From: Azolla caroliniana
Taxonomy: Eukaryota > Plantae > Polypodiophyta
DNA: 64,000 nt
Assembly: GCA_043228905.1 (NCBI GenBank)
Contig: JBHGNT010000006.1
Span: 8,122,001 to 8,186,000 of the forward strand
Reading direction: 5' to 3'
The position numbers and the translations under genes were made by a program. The notes below the pieces were generated by a model. That model saw only the letters and a program-made list of their open reading frames with translations, did not search any database and had not been told where the DNA came from. Shown one piece after another: positions 49,081 through 60,400 of this stretch; position 1 is the stretch's first letter, and the number at the start of each line of letters is the position of its first letter.

Positions 49081-50460
49081 GAGGTGAAGAAAAAACAAGA
49101 AGCATTAGGGTCTCGTGTTCAAAACTGAATCTTGAGAACACAAACCAACCCTCTTGGCTTCCTCCATCAAAGCCTTCTTATGCAACAACACGCCATTACA
49201 TTGTGCATTTCTGTTGTTGCCAATCACTATTTGTAGTGAAATTTTAGTGAGAACTTATGTATAGGGTTTAGCAATTAAAATTCGGAGACTTACCATTATT
49301 TTATGTACCAGTTAAGATATCCTAGATAAAGACATTATCATACCTTTTAATCGTGAATAGTGGTTGGTGGTTAAGTTTTGTAGCCTTTGCCTGCTATTTT
49401 TTTATCGTCCTAAAACTGTTTCCATTTAAAAACCTGTGCATCATTTTTTAGTTTTGTCTTTATTCTCTGTCTCTCACTGCTTATAAACCCAACACCTGGG
49501 TGATCTATCCATGACCAAGATGAAGCTTGTGTGTGTTATTATATATCTTTAAAATCTTGCAGATAATGTCATAGTTGTTTCTCACTGCAGTAGCATAGAT
49601 GCTCGTATCATTCCTGACAAGCCATCTCAGAGATAGGTTTTAAAATTGGCTTTTGGCTAAGTGGAGGCAAGATATTCTATGATTGACTATTTGAGCAACA
49701 CAAACGATCACAAATGTAAAGGGAAAGAAGATATTTACTTGCATTTGTTCATGAGAACTCACGTAAAAAATAGAACGATCGAGGATTACTGTTCTGACAA
49801 ACAACATAGATGATGTGAATTAATTGTAGGACACAATGTTTTCACTCAATTGCTAGAGGACGATGGTTAACATCATATCGTAAATTAAAAGAAAATCTCC
49901 TAAACTCGAAACTAGCTAAAATCGATCTGGTTCGACAAACTATTTCTGGGAGTGTTTTCCATGTATATACTGAGATTTTGTTGTGCATTGTTTCTGCTAT
50001 TAGTACCGCTGCAATGACCGGCAGAATCTAATACCACTTTTGCAAAAACCTAAATTACGGTCACAACAAATGTCGGTACCAGCTTTAACTACAATTCTAC
50101 TGGTAACACCTACAAGATCTCTGTAATCATAATTGCAGGCAAAAGTTCAAATTTGCATAGATTTTGTTCTGCATTAGATCCATTAGATTCCACTTCAGTC
50201 ATATACTATGTATTTGAATTCATTGTTATATGTTTATGGGCAAAAAACGAACTCTCCCGCTTCTGATTTCAACTCGCTCACTGGCACTAACGCATGGAGT
50301 TATCATATCACTGAGAGAGGACGCATGATACATGCAACATCAGAGACGAGTGGGAGGTGTAGCAATTAACATGACAATGAAATTAAGAAATCCAAACTAA
50401 CTGAAAACAATAAAGAAACAAGAAACATATTCGACGGGAACGGAGAGTGAACATTTGAGA

Positions 50461-50565
50461 CACTTGCATCAGAGTCATGGAAGTATTTGTGTAAAATACG
50501 TTGACATCATTAGTCTGACACGCAGACCTCTGGCGAATCATCGATCAAGACATCACTTGCAAGTG
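50461..50565 (-). ncRNA. Box C/D snoRNA, dual guide (snoR22-like), copy 1
   Basis: 8-bp terminal inverted repeat CACTTGCA/TGCAAGTG; C box GUGAUGU; D box CUGA. The D guide ACUUCCAUGAC is complementary to 25S GUCAUGGAAGU. The D' (CAGA) guide UCGAUGAUUCGC is complementary to GCGAAUCAUCGA. Confidence 0.85.
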
Positions 50566-50807
50566 CATCAACACTGACAGACTAGAAAAGCACTAAACGC
50601 ATAACCAGAACCAGGGCGAATTGAAGCTGGATAACAGCAGCATCTTCAATGAGATGATGCGAGCCAGCATCGATGTCAGAAGATTGTTGAGAATATGAAA
50701 GGCATAAAGAGAGGAAATCGAAGAAAAAAGTTTACCAAAAACTATACACTACAGGAAAAACAAAGAAAGAGAAGAAAAGCGTTCTCGGAATGAAAGACGC
50801 CATTAAA

Positions 50808-50915
50808 GCGTTTGCATCAGAGTCATGGAAGTATATGTTTAATGCAATTGCGTCATAAACCATTATGATCTGGCTTCTGTCGAATCATCGGTTTGAAAGC
50901 ATCATATGCAAACGC
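50808..50915 (-). ncRNA. Box C/D snoRNA, dual guide (snoR22-like), copy 2
   Basis: 9-bp terminal inverted repeat GCGTTTGCA/TGCAAACGC; C box AUGAUGC; D box CUGA. It keeps the same two guide elements in the same register as copy 1, while the rest has diverged. Confidence 0.85.
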
Positions 50916-51014
50916 AGAAGAAAGGCATGTTATACCAGAAACAGGAAAACAGCCAGACTAAGGAATCAGAGCATCCTCCATAGTTTCTATTGGCAGGGCA
51001 GGCAGAATCAATCA

Positions 51015-51124
51015 TGTGTGCATCAGAACAAAATCAATGGTACGTTTCAACAGAGACGGCGATGATTTGCCGAGCTCTTCAAGTCTTCCTATCTTTACAT
51101 CGAAGAAGTCATCACGAGCACACA
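51015..51124 (-). ncRNA. Box C/D snoRNA targeting the 25S peptidyl-transferase region (snoR64-like)
   Basis: 7-bp terminal stem TGTGTGC/GCACACA; perfect C box GUGAUGA; D box CUGA. The guide GAUAGGAAGA upstream of a UUGA D' box is complementary to 25S UCUUCCUAUC. Confidence 0.82.
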
Positions 51125-51196
51125 GAGACCTAGACCTCCATCTCCATTACCGACGACTCTGTGTCTTTCTTGTCTTAATAGTTTTGCTTTCTGAGG

Positions 51197-51205
51197 AAAC
51201 CCTAA
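51197..51205. promoter_or_regulatory. Telo-box (AAACCCTAA) about 75 bp upstream of the snoRNA cluster
   Basis: Exact motif. Telo-boxes are established features of plant snoRNA and ribosome-biogenesis promoters, but the motif is short and could occur by chance. Confidence 0.5.
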
Positions 51206-51779
51206 TCCAACTGTCCGTTTCACACCTGGACGCCCATCCTGGAGTTTCACATGCATTTTCTGTGTCTGACATGCTCCTCAACATGCAGTAGTTTCTCGTG
51301 TCGGTCTCGCTCGATTATTTGGTTCCCAACACGACAACTTGCCTCTACATCTCCGAGGGTGACCCAAACTATAGAGCATGTCTAGGCCGACGTCCATGCC
51401 AATCTGAAAAAATGATACGATGAAGAGTTGGCTTGCTGGAATGCATTGTGAACACAATTTCCACCACTCAACAAGTATAGGATTTGCCACATCGAATCGC
51501 TACCTTGACATCCTGGTTCTAGCGGATACAAATCTATTGATTTCAGCCACCATGGTAAACTACATGTTGGTAGAGAGGGGTTGCTTTAGTCTAGCTCCAG
51601 TTTTGGGAGTCACATTGGTTTGTCTAATATTTTGTGGACAAGTTTCTATGTCAACACGCTTACAATGGATTCAAGGCATAGATCGTGCAAACTTCAAGAA
51701 TGTCAAAATACTAGGGAGGCTAGAAATAAGACTTTCCCTCCATATTAACTCCTCTGTTTCACACCCATCAACTAATATG

Positions 51780-52790
51780 GGATGCTTGATATTAACCATA
51801 CATAAACATAGAAGGAATATATCCAATCATTGCACGCTCGTTAGCGAATTCAAACATCAAAATATATTATTTCCATTTACCTGGCTTGTTGGCTACATAA
51901 ACTTGAAGCATATCCTCAATTCTCATGTTTATTAATTCAATTTGTCCATATGGTTCATGGTTATGATATAAACTCATGCTCAAATTAGTTTCTAGTTTCT
52001 TAAAGACATGAGTCCAAAATGACTCAAAATTAGCTTGTAAGTTTAGAATCTCTATCACTAACTATATCCATCAATTAATCTATAACAACGAAATAGTTCA
52101 TCAACAAACCGATAAGCCAAATCTTGAATTGTTAACGTGGTTTTGGTCAGAATAAACTTCACCATTTTCATTATTCAATCAAGAACAACCCAGATGACAT
52201 CATTGTTGCGTTGAGCGAGATAAGTTAATGCTAAAATCAATCGATATACTTCCCATTTGTTGTTGGGAATGTCCAATGGATGCAGAAAGTCTGAAGCTTT
52301 TCAGCTGTCAACCTTATTCACCTAAGATTGTATGCATTTTGTTATATAGTCTTGAATGTCATGGTACATTTTGGCCAAAAAAAACGAGTAGAGACAAGAA
52401 CAAGTGTTCTATGTATTCCAAGGTTCCTTATTGAGGGTGCATCATGGCATTAAAAAATAATTTTGTTTTTAACATCATAGAGATATGGAATGCAAACCTT
52501 TCCATTACAATAGAGCAATCTATTATGAATGGGAAAGGTGGGTCTCAAGGGCATAATGGTTTTATTGGCTATTATGTTAGATGAAACTATTGCCTAGTAT
52601 GTTTGTAAACTATTGTCATCAATGTATTTCTCTCGAAGTTAAAAAAAAAGATGACATTTTACTTCAGTAAAACTAAGTACATTCACGAAGTGAATGTGAA
52701 TTAGTGCATCTATGACAATGTTCATTGAACCTTTATGACACATAATGGAGAAATCAAAGTCACAAATGAGTTTTCCCATCTTGCATTATG
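51780..52790 (-). mobile_element. Old gypsy RNaseH/integrase relic related to the chromovirus at 10317
   Basis: FWTHVFKKLETNLSMS..IEDMLQVYVANKPGKW closely parallels FWTQVFKKLETTLSMS..IEDMLRAYVAKTPSKW; many indels. Confidence 0.8.
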
Positions 52791-53599
52791 ACTAACTAAA
52801 ACTTATTGATCATGAACTTTGCATTGTGGATGAATAGAATACATATGGGACGCTAATTGGTTTCTCCCATTGGTATTCACATGGGGCATAATGGTTCAAA
52901 CATCGCTTGTCCGCCCTATTTTTCATTATGATCTCGAATCTATGGACCATTGTTTTGACACTAACTCTGGAATAGTTTGAGTACTTCCATTAGTGTCCAC
53001 TCAATTTTTGGGGAGAAGGAAGGAGGTGCAACTTTTATGGGAGATATTGAGTAGTGCTACTATATACTACATTTGTGTGCTTTATTCACACATAGAGACT
53101 TTGTGCTTCAATGTATGAATACCCCGTCTTAGGAAGGAGACACATATCAAGAACACATGTATACTCTAGTCCCATAGGTCAAAATTGGCCTCTTTATGGA
53201 CAATGAAAATTTCTAATTCTAATTCTTGTAAGGCTTGTTGCTCTCTCGTTTTTCATCGAGTTAGATCCTCACCAGTTAAATTGGTAAGCAATATTTTGCT
53301 GGACACGGTTCATACTTTAAAGAGATAGTGGGATTGTATAATTGGAAATTCTAAAGATAAAGTTGCTCAATTTCTTACTCAATGGAAAGCTACTCCACTT
53401 ATTTATGTACTCGAAGAATGGCAATCCTTTTTGGCACTTTCAACTACCAAGATAGTTGTCGCCTCCGCCGATCACTTAAGAATCAAAACTATGTACATTG
53501 CTTGCACCAATGAATGGGTATCTTATATGTGTATATATATGCATGCATGTATGTATGTATGTATGTATGTATGTATGTATGTATGTATAAGCATACACA

Positions 53600-56500
53600 G
53601 GGACAGGAGGCCAAATATTGACATTGTGTCCAACCGGACATGACACATGGCTTCTCACAAAATGTGTTGATAATATTAATGAAAGAAAAAACCTTCCTCT
53701 GAACATAGGCTTTTTCATGTCTTCTTTGTTCATTCTCTCTATGGGAACCGAGACCACAAACACCCATCGAGGATCCCAACACTTGGCACACATATATACA
53801 GAGAGACTCTACCACGTCTTGAACCAACCACCCATTCCAACGCCTTCCACACCTCGACCTACCATGGGGACACTTTTTACAACCTCTAAGGTCACGACGG
53901 TCATAAAAAAATTACAACATAGGAAATCCATGGACCACACATGATTGCGAGCTAAACACATCATATATGCTCGAGAGTGCCTAACCCCTTTTCTCACTCT
54001 AATCTTCAACCGCGCCCTCGCCGAGGGTTTTCCACCACAATGGACATGATCACAGTGGCCCCTATACATAAAGGAGGGGACCCTATGGACCCAATTACAT
54101 ATAGGACCATTATGATAGGTCATACGCTTGCTAAACTATATGGTGCAATAATGGAAGCAAAGGTCAACGATGTTGGGATTTCGGTCCCTCCGGATGGGAT
54201 GTCCGGAGATGAATGACGGCAAGCCCGGTTACGGTTACGGAACCAGAGTATGAAGAGTACCCGGCTACGGAACCGGATGAAGATACAGGCCCGGTGAGAG
54301 TACTCACCGGATGTGAAGAGTACCCGGTATGAAGCCGGATGAAGAGTACCCGGTTATGGAACCGGATGAAGATACAGGCCCGGTGAGAGTACTCACCGGA
54401 TGTGAAGAGTACCCGGTATGAAGCCGGATGAAGAGTACCCGGTTATGGAACCGGATGAAGATACAGGCCCGGTGAGAGTACTCACCGGATGTGGGGACAT
54501 ATTTGTGAATATGTTTTCCAAGAGCCCCTTGAGGCTATATTTGTAAATAGCCCGAAAGTCAACTGTGTATAAATATGACTTAGGGCAAACTGTTTATTGT
54601 TGCTGTAGGTTGTTGCCCATTGTGTCCACTCTCATGTGTGCAAGAGTGAAGAGAGCAGCCGAGTGAGAGAGAGAGACGAAGAGGTCATTGCCTCTGTGTA
54701 TTACCGCCGCCTATGGCGAAGACAGTGAGCTCAAGGTTGTTGCCTTGTAGCTTCACCATTGTACATCTCTGTTTAGAGTGATAGTTGGAGTCTGAGGACT
54801 CCCGTGGTTTTTTCCCATTTAGGGTTTTCCACGTAAAACATCCTGTGTACTCTTCTCTCTATTGTCTTCGTGTATTTTGTATTTCCTGTTTTCTGTGAGT
54901 TGATCCTATTCCTCGGTTGTGGCCGAGCACTGTGTTTGACAAACGATTATATGGAAACCTTAACTCTTCAAGCACCTAAGTAGGCTGGCTTTAGACGCGC
55001 CTTCTCCATTATTGACCATATCTTCACACTTAGATGCTTAATTGACCGGACGAAGGCTTGCAATAAGAAACTATATTGTTGCTTTGTGGACTTCCGCAAA
55101 GCCTTTGCCACATTTCCTAGGGAACGGTTGTTTGATAGGCTTAAAGGCTTGGAGATACCAAATGACATGATCTAGACCATCTATGCTCTATATGAGCAAG
55201 TCTCTAGGTGCGTAAGATGCCCATGTGGCCTATCTGATTGCTTCAACAACACTGTTGGTGTAAAACAGGGTTGCCCCCTATTATTGACTCTTTTTGGGAT
55301 CTACATTGATGAGATCACTGACTTTATTGCTCGAAAGGGAGGTAACGGAGTAGCCATTGGGGGTACGCAAGTTAGTCTCTTACTCGTACGACATTGTCTT
55401 GCTCTCAAAGTCTGAACACAACCTACAAAAGCATCTTCATGCCCTAGATGACTTTTGCACATAACGAGGATTGGTAGTGAATCTAGCGAAGATGAAAGTT
55501 CTTATCTTTCATACATAGTCTTGAGTGAGGAGTAAACATCACCTAATCCTCTCTCATAACCCAGTTGAGGTAGTTGGATCATACATATATCTAGGAGTCA
55601 CTTATAGTGCTCGTTCGGGTAAATTCTCGATGACCCAGGTAGCCAAAGATAGGCTAACGAGAGGGTATGCATCCCTCTCACTCTTAGAGAGACAATACCA
55701 CCAGGCATACTTTCAAGATCCACAAACTAAGGGATGACTTTTTGACTCATTAGTGACCCCTTCCCTCATGTATGCATCAATAGTATGGGCTCTAGGTCTA
55801 CCACCTTTCATGTGGACGCAATTAGAGAGACCTTTGGTGACAATGTTATCACGTCAACTCCAAAGCAAATAGACAGTACCACATGACGTTATTAGAGCAG
55901 AGTTCAGTTTGCCCCCGATGTTAGTAGAAACACTTTTCCAGGTGGTAGTTTTTATTCATTGGATACATATACAACCACAAGATAGGATATCCCATCGAGC
56001 TTTTGAGGCATTCCGATCCCTATATGCGTCCGGATACACTAGCTCGTGGTATAACACAGTTGTGAGTTGGTTACTTGTAAATGGTATGATCAAACTTCCC
56101 CTTCAGCACAATCATGGGACTGATCAAACTTTAATCTCTTATGAAGACCATAATAAAGTAATATGCCAAGAAATATGGCAAATTTACACCCGATTTAAAT
56201 GGATCACCCCACAAGAGCCACTCCCATCTAAAATGTTGTACTATAAGCAACACTTCTTGCACCTCTCTAAGTTAGGTTTTATTACATGACCAAAATATCT
56301 AGATACATTCTTATCAAATGCACTAAGGGTGGCCATTGGACAACTTAGGATATCATCTCATCAACTTGAGATTGAGAATGGCCGTGCTAATAGAGTTCCT
56401 AGAGAGGAAATGCTATGTAGGTTATGTCACATAGAGATAGAGGTGAGTATCACTTTACATGCAAGTGTCCAACTTATACCGAGATAAGGGCGAAATACCA

Positions 56501-57133
56501 AGACATACTAGGACCCTCTCCCACCCTCTCCAAACTATTAAATACCCCGGATATAAAGAGACTAGGTAGGTATATCTTAGACCTAAAACAACACAGGGAG
56601 AATAATCTACAAAGTGTTAACCATAACCCTTTTAGTATTCACCAACATGTAACTAATGTAATTTTTCAGGAACAAGGGGAGACGATGAATGTGGACACAC
56701 CTACACCACTCGACCTCTCTCTTGATGAAGCAGAAATGCAAAGAACAACCAAACGCCCTCGGTTGTTGGGCTTCAAAGTTCCTCGACGTGGAGTAGAAAC
56801 GATTAAGAAGATTAGGGAACGTGAGCTACGCTGCCTATAAGCTATGGTTGGGGTACCTTTTACATTGGGATCACGAGCCACATCCACATCGAAACCCTTT
56901 GACCTCCTGCTTCTTTTTGAGAGACTTGGATGGAAATGAAACTCGGCCTAGTATAAAACCATTTCCTTATAGAACATGTTTTTTTATTAGAAGTCTTTAG
57001 CTTAAGTTTTATTTTATTTTATATTTTTAGTTTCGATGAATGGGTAAATTACCCCATTTTTGTTGTAAACCAATTGTCTCATGGGCCAAATTTGGTCTTA
57101 GAAGACCTTAAATATATTTCTTTCTTTCTTTCT
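53600..57133 (+). mobile_element. Degenerate non-L1 LINE (RTE/RTEX-like), split by a solo LTR
   Basis: PIHKGGDP..YRTIMIG, AGFR..IDHIFTL, CCFVDFRKAF, GVKQGCPL, YIYLGV and a C-terminal SHQLEIENGR..CRLC..EYHFTCKC. It ends in a (TTTC)n tail rather than poly-A. The 5' boundary is approximate. Confidence 0.82.
54171..54941 (+). mobile_element. 771-bp solo LTR (probably copia) with TSD AACGA and internal 89-bp palindromic tandem repeats
   Basis: TGTTGG...TTGACA. AACGA occurs at 54166-54170 and 54942-54946. TATAAAT box and CCCGTGGTTTTTCCC..GGGTTTTCCACG motif. Repeat units start at 54251, 54340 and 54429. Confidence 0.92.
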
Positions 57134-57460
57134 ATATGGAAACATACATATACATATACATATATTGTTATACATATACATATATATACATACTATATAT
57201 ATAATACATATGTATATCTTTCAACACTGCAGATCTGGTGATATTTCATGTTTTAATGAGTTCTCTGCACCATCAGCCTCCTATTCTTCACAACACTGCA
57301 CCATTCACTTCAATCAATTCTATACATTACCCTCCTCTGCATCTTGACCTAATCTCTTTTCAATCTAGCTTCCATGGATTGATCCTACCATTAAAGAATT
57401 TATAAGAACACAGTAAATAAATAGAGGATAAAGGAACGAAAGGAAAAAACAGAGGAAGGA

Positions 57461-60400
57461 ATGAGCACTATTATTGAAGTGTTTTGGTCGCTTGTGGAGA
57501 AAGCAGATAAGAAATTCACTAGGCTCAGAGATCTTCCTCTCTATGGAGGGAACAAATGGGATTCATACTTCAACAAAGCTTTCCAAGTCTATACGAGACT
57601 ATGGAAATTCCAACAGGAGAATAGGCCAGCTCTCGTTGAATCAGGGTTGAAGAGATGGGAGATAGGAGAGATTGCATCAAGAATAGGACAACTTTACTAC
57701 AACTATTATATGAGAACTAGTGATGTTGGGTTTCTTTCAGAATCTTATATATTCTATGAAGCTATATTGAGTAGAGAGTATTTTAAGGAGACAGGGAAAG
57801 ATAGCGTTCTTTGTCATAAGCATCTTCGGTTCTATGCGCGTTTCATTGTTGTTTGTTTGTTGCTGAATCGTCGAGAAATGGTGATTCAGCTGTCTAAACA
57901 GCTCGCAGCTTTAGTGGAGGAGTATCATCGAGCTTTCCAGGTTCGTGTTTTCATGCATTTTTATTTTTATTTATGTCTAATAATAAAATGATATAGTATG
58001 GTTTATGCCTCTATGTCTGCATCTGAGGATCTAGGTATGATGTACTTGTGGCGTGAGTATGTGTGTATTTATGTTTCTTTGTATGTGTTGTCCATGTACG
58101 TAGTTCTGTCTCTCTCTCTCTTTAGAAATTGATATCTTTGTGTATGTACTCGTGTCTCTATGCATGGTTCTGAGGATATGGGATTGCGTTTATAGAAATT
58201 GATTAAATAGCTTAATTTATATATTTGTGTCTCTATTTATGTAGGACAATATTATGAATCACATATTAACGATAAGCATTGATAATTAAGATTACGAAAG
58301 AAGTGGTTGAAGGGAGGATGCACTGATATCTCTATGTATGTATTTGACGATATGGATTTTTTTGGGAATTAATCTCTATGTATGTTTTTTTGGAAGTGGG
58401 TTACCAGAAGAAATTGTTTCGATTTGGCTTCATATCAACAGAAATTCATATGTCTTGTGTCTTTATATATGTATGAGTAGTTTTTCTTACCTCTTCCAAA
58501 AGTATCGGTTCACCCCATATATCTCAGAAGAACTTGATATCTTAATGTGTATTTTTGGTTTTCTATCCCATTTTTACCTGGCACTAACATTATATCGGAA
58601 GAAAATAATATCTCTATGCATGTTTTTGTTCTATTTTATGAGCATTGTGCTAAATCAAGCCATCATAGCTCGACATAGGAACTCACTTTGGAGATCCTGG
58701 ACTGTCCTACAATGGATATGTATGGAGGGATCAATTTCAGCTCACCTGAGCAAATATTGCTTGTCATGTTTTTGTTCTATTTTATGAGCATACACCTAAT
58801 GTTGTGCTAAATCAAGCCATCATAGCTCGACATAGGAACTCACTTTGGAGATCCTGGACTGTCATACGATGGATATGTATGGAGGGATCAATTTCAGCTC
58901 ACCTGAGCAAATATTGCTCTTATTATGTCTTGTAAATGTCCACATGAATGGGTAGAGTTTTTTTCATAGTTCAATTATTCCATTCCATTCACTTCTTGTA
59001 GACGGTGTACTGTTTTGGATTTTAGTATTTTGTTTACGTCTCATTGGGCATTTTTTTGTTTTAATGTAATGATGTGTTTAGAAGTTAATGATGCTATGAA
59101 TAGGGCCACGAATGGCATGATTAGGGGCCAGACATAGGACTATAACCCCATCTCAGAATATTTCTACTGTTATGGTGTGATGAGATTCATAGCTTAGATA
59201 CAAAAAGGGGTAGCAGCATCACTGTTCTGATTTGTTAGCCCATTGAGGCTATGGATCTTGATTTTCCATCTCTGGTACAATCCCAACCCATGAATTGAGC
59301 TAGTGCCTACAGGCATCATATGGGGTGGTGAATCTAATGATCTAGCCACTTGACTTTCCATCTTCTCAGGAGAAACAGTTGGGCGGGAACTATAGTTTCT
59401 ACTAACCTCTTGTATCAGTGAACTAATCGTTTCTTAATTACACTAAGTAATGGACTAGCTCGTGTTTGCTGTATACTTTTTCTTTCTGTCGTACCTATTC
59501 CTACCTCACATATCTACCTTTATGCTTGTATGTACATATATACATACACAACATAACATAGGCACGTTTTTGTGGAACAAATAGGCAATGGTTTATGATT
59601 GTCCCCACATTCTACCTTTATAGTTTGTTTCTACATAGCACTTCAATCATGCATCTGAAATGCATTTGGTTCATAGAAAGGTCTCCATATGGAATGCTTA
59701 CACCATTCAGATTCTGTGATATCATCTGTGGATAGACAAATTACACAGAAACTCATTTTTATTTAATTTAATATGGGTTTTCCTTGCTATGTTTCTAATT
59801 ATCCTAAGTCTTAGTTGTATCAGGCTAGTGACTCAAATGAATGGAAGCAAGTTGTACAAGATATCAATAGATTTATAAAAGCAGATTCTCCTTGTCAAAA
59901 TACAAGACCGCTACGTTACAGTGTCCTGCTTGATCCACAACCAAATTCTTTTCCTCCTACTGAAAAACTAGGAAAATTCAAACCTTTGCATCTCAAGGTT
60001 GCAATCCTTGCAAGCTATTATCATAATGAGGTAAGACATGCATATTTTATTACTGTATAATTCATGAATGGGAAATGAAACTAGACACAGTAATTACTAT
60101 GTCGCTCATATGGTGTTTTACTTATCATTGTCTTTCAAAAAACCTCAGGTCAAATTCTCGGAGCTTACACTTGATACTTTTAGGATCCTTCAGTGTCTTG
60201 AATGGGAGCCAAGTGGGTCTTTTTATCGATCAAGAGTTGTAGAATCCAATGGAATCACATCTGCAAGTACGCGTGTGGATGAGATAATGGATCAATCGCT
60301 GCCTCCAAATCCTCATAAATATGTTTTGTACCGGCCCAGTGTTTTGCAACTCTTACTTGTAATCATCTTTTTCTTTTGAGAAAGTAACGATGTTATGAAC

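Noticed and set aside
51420-51935. 171-aa plus-strand ORF next to the snoRNA cluster
   Set aside because: No domain recognised, and it partly overlaps the antisense of a decayed gypsy integrase.
54251-54493. CRISPR-like repeat/spacer appearance
   Set aside because: The would-be spacers are themselves repeated with an 89-bp period. The array is inside a TSD-flanked LTR in a eukaryote, and there are no cas genes.
58338-58787. 149-aa hydrophobic ORF in SCAI intron 1
   Set aside because: T-rich intronic sequence overlapping a tandem duplication; the SCAI exons join in frame without it.
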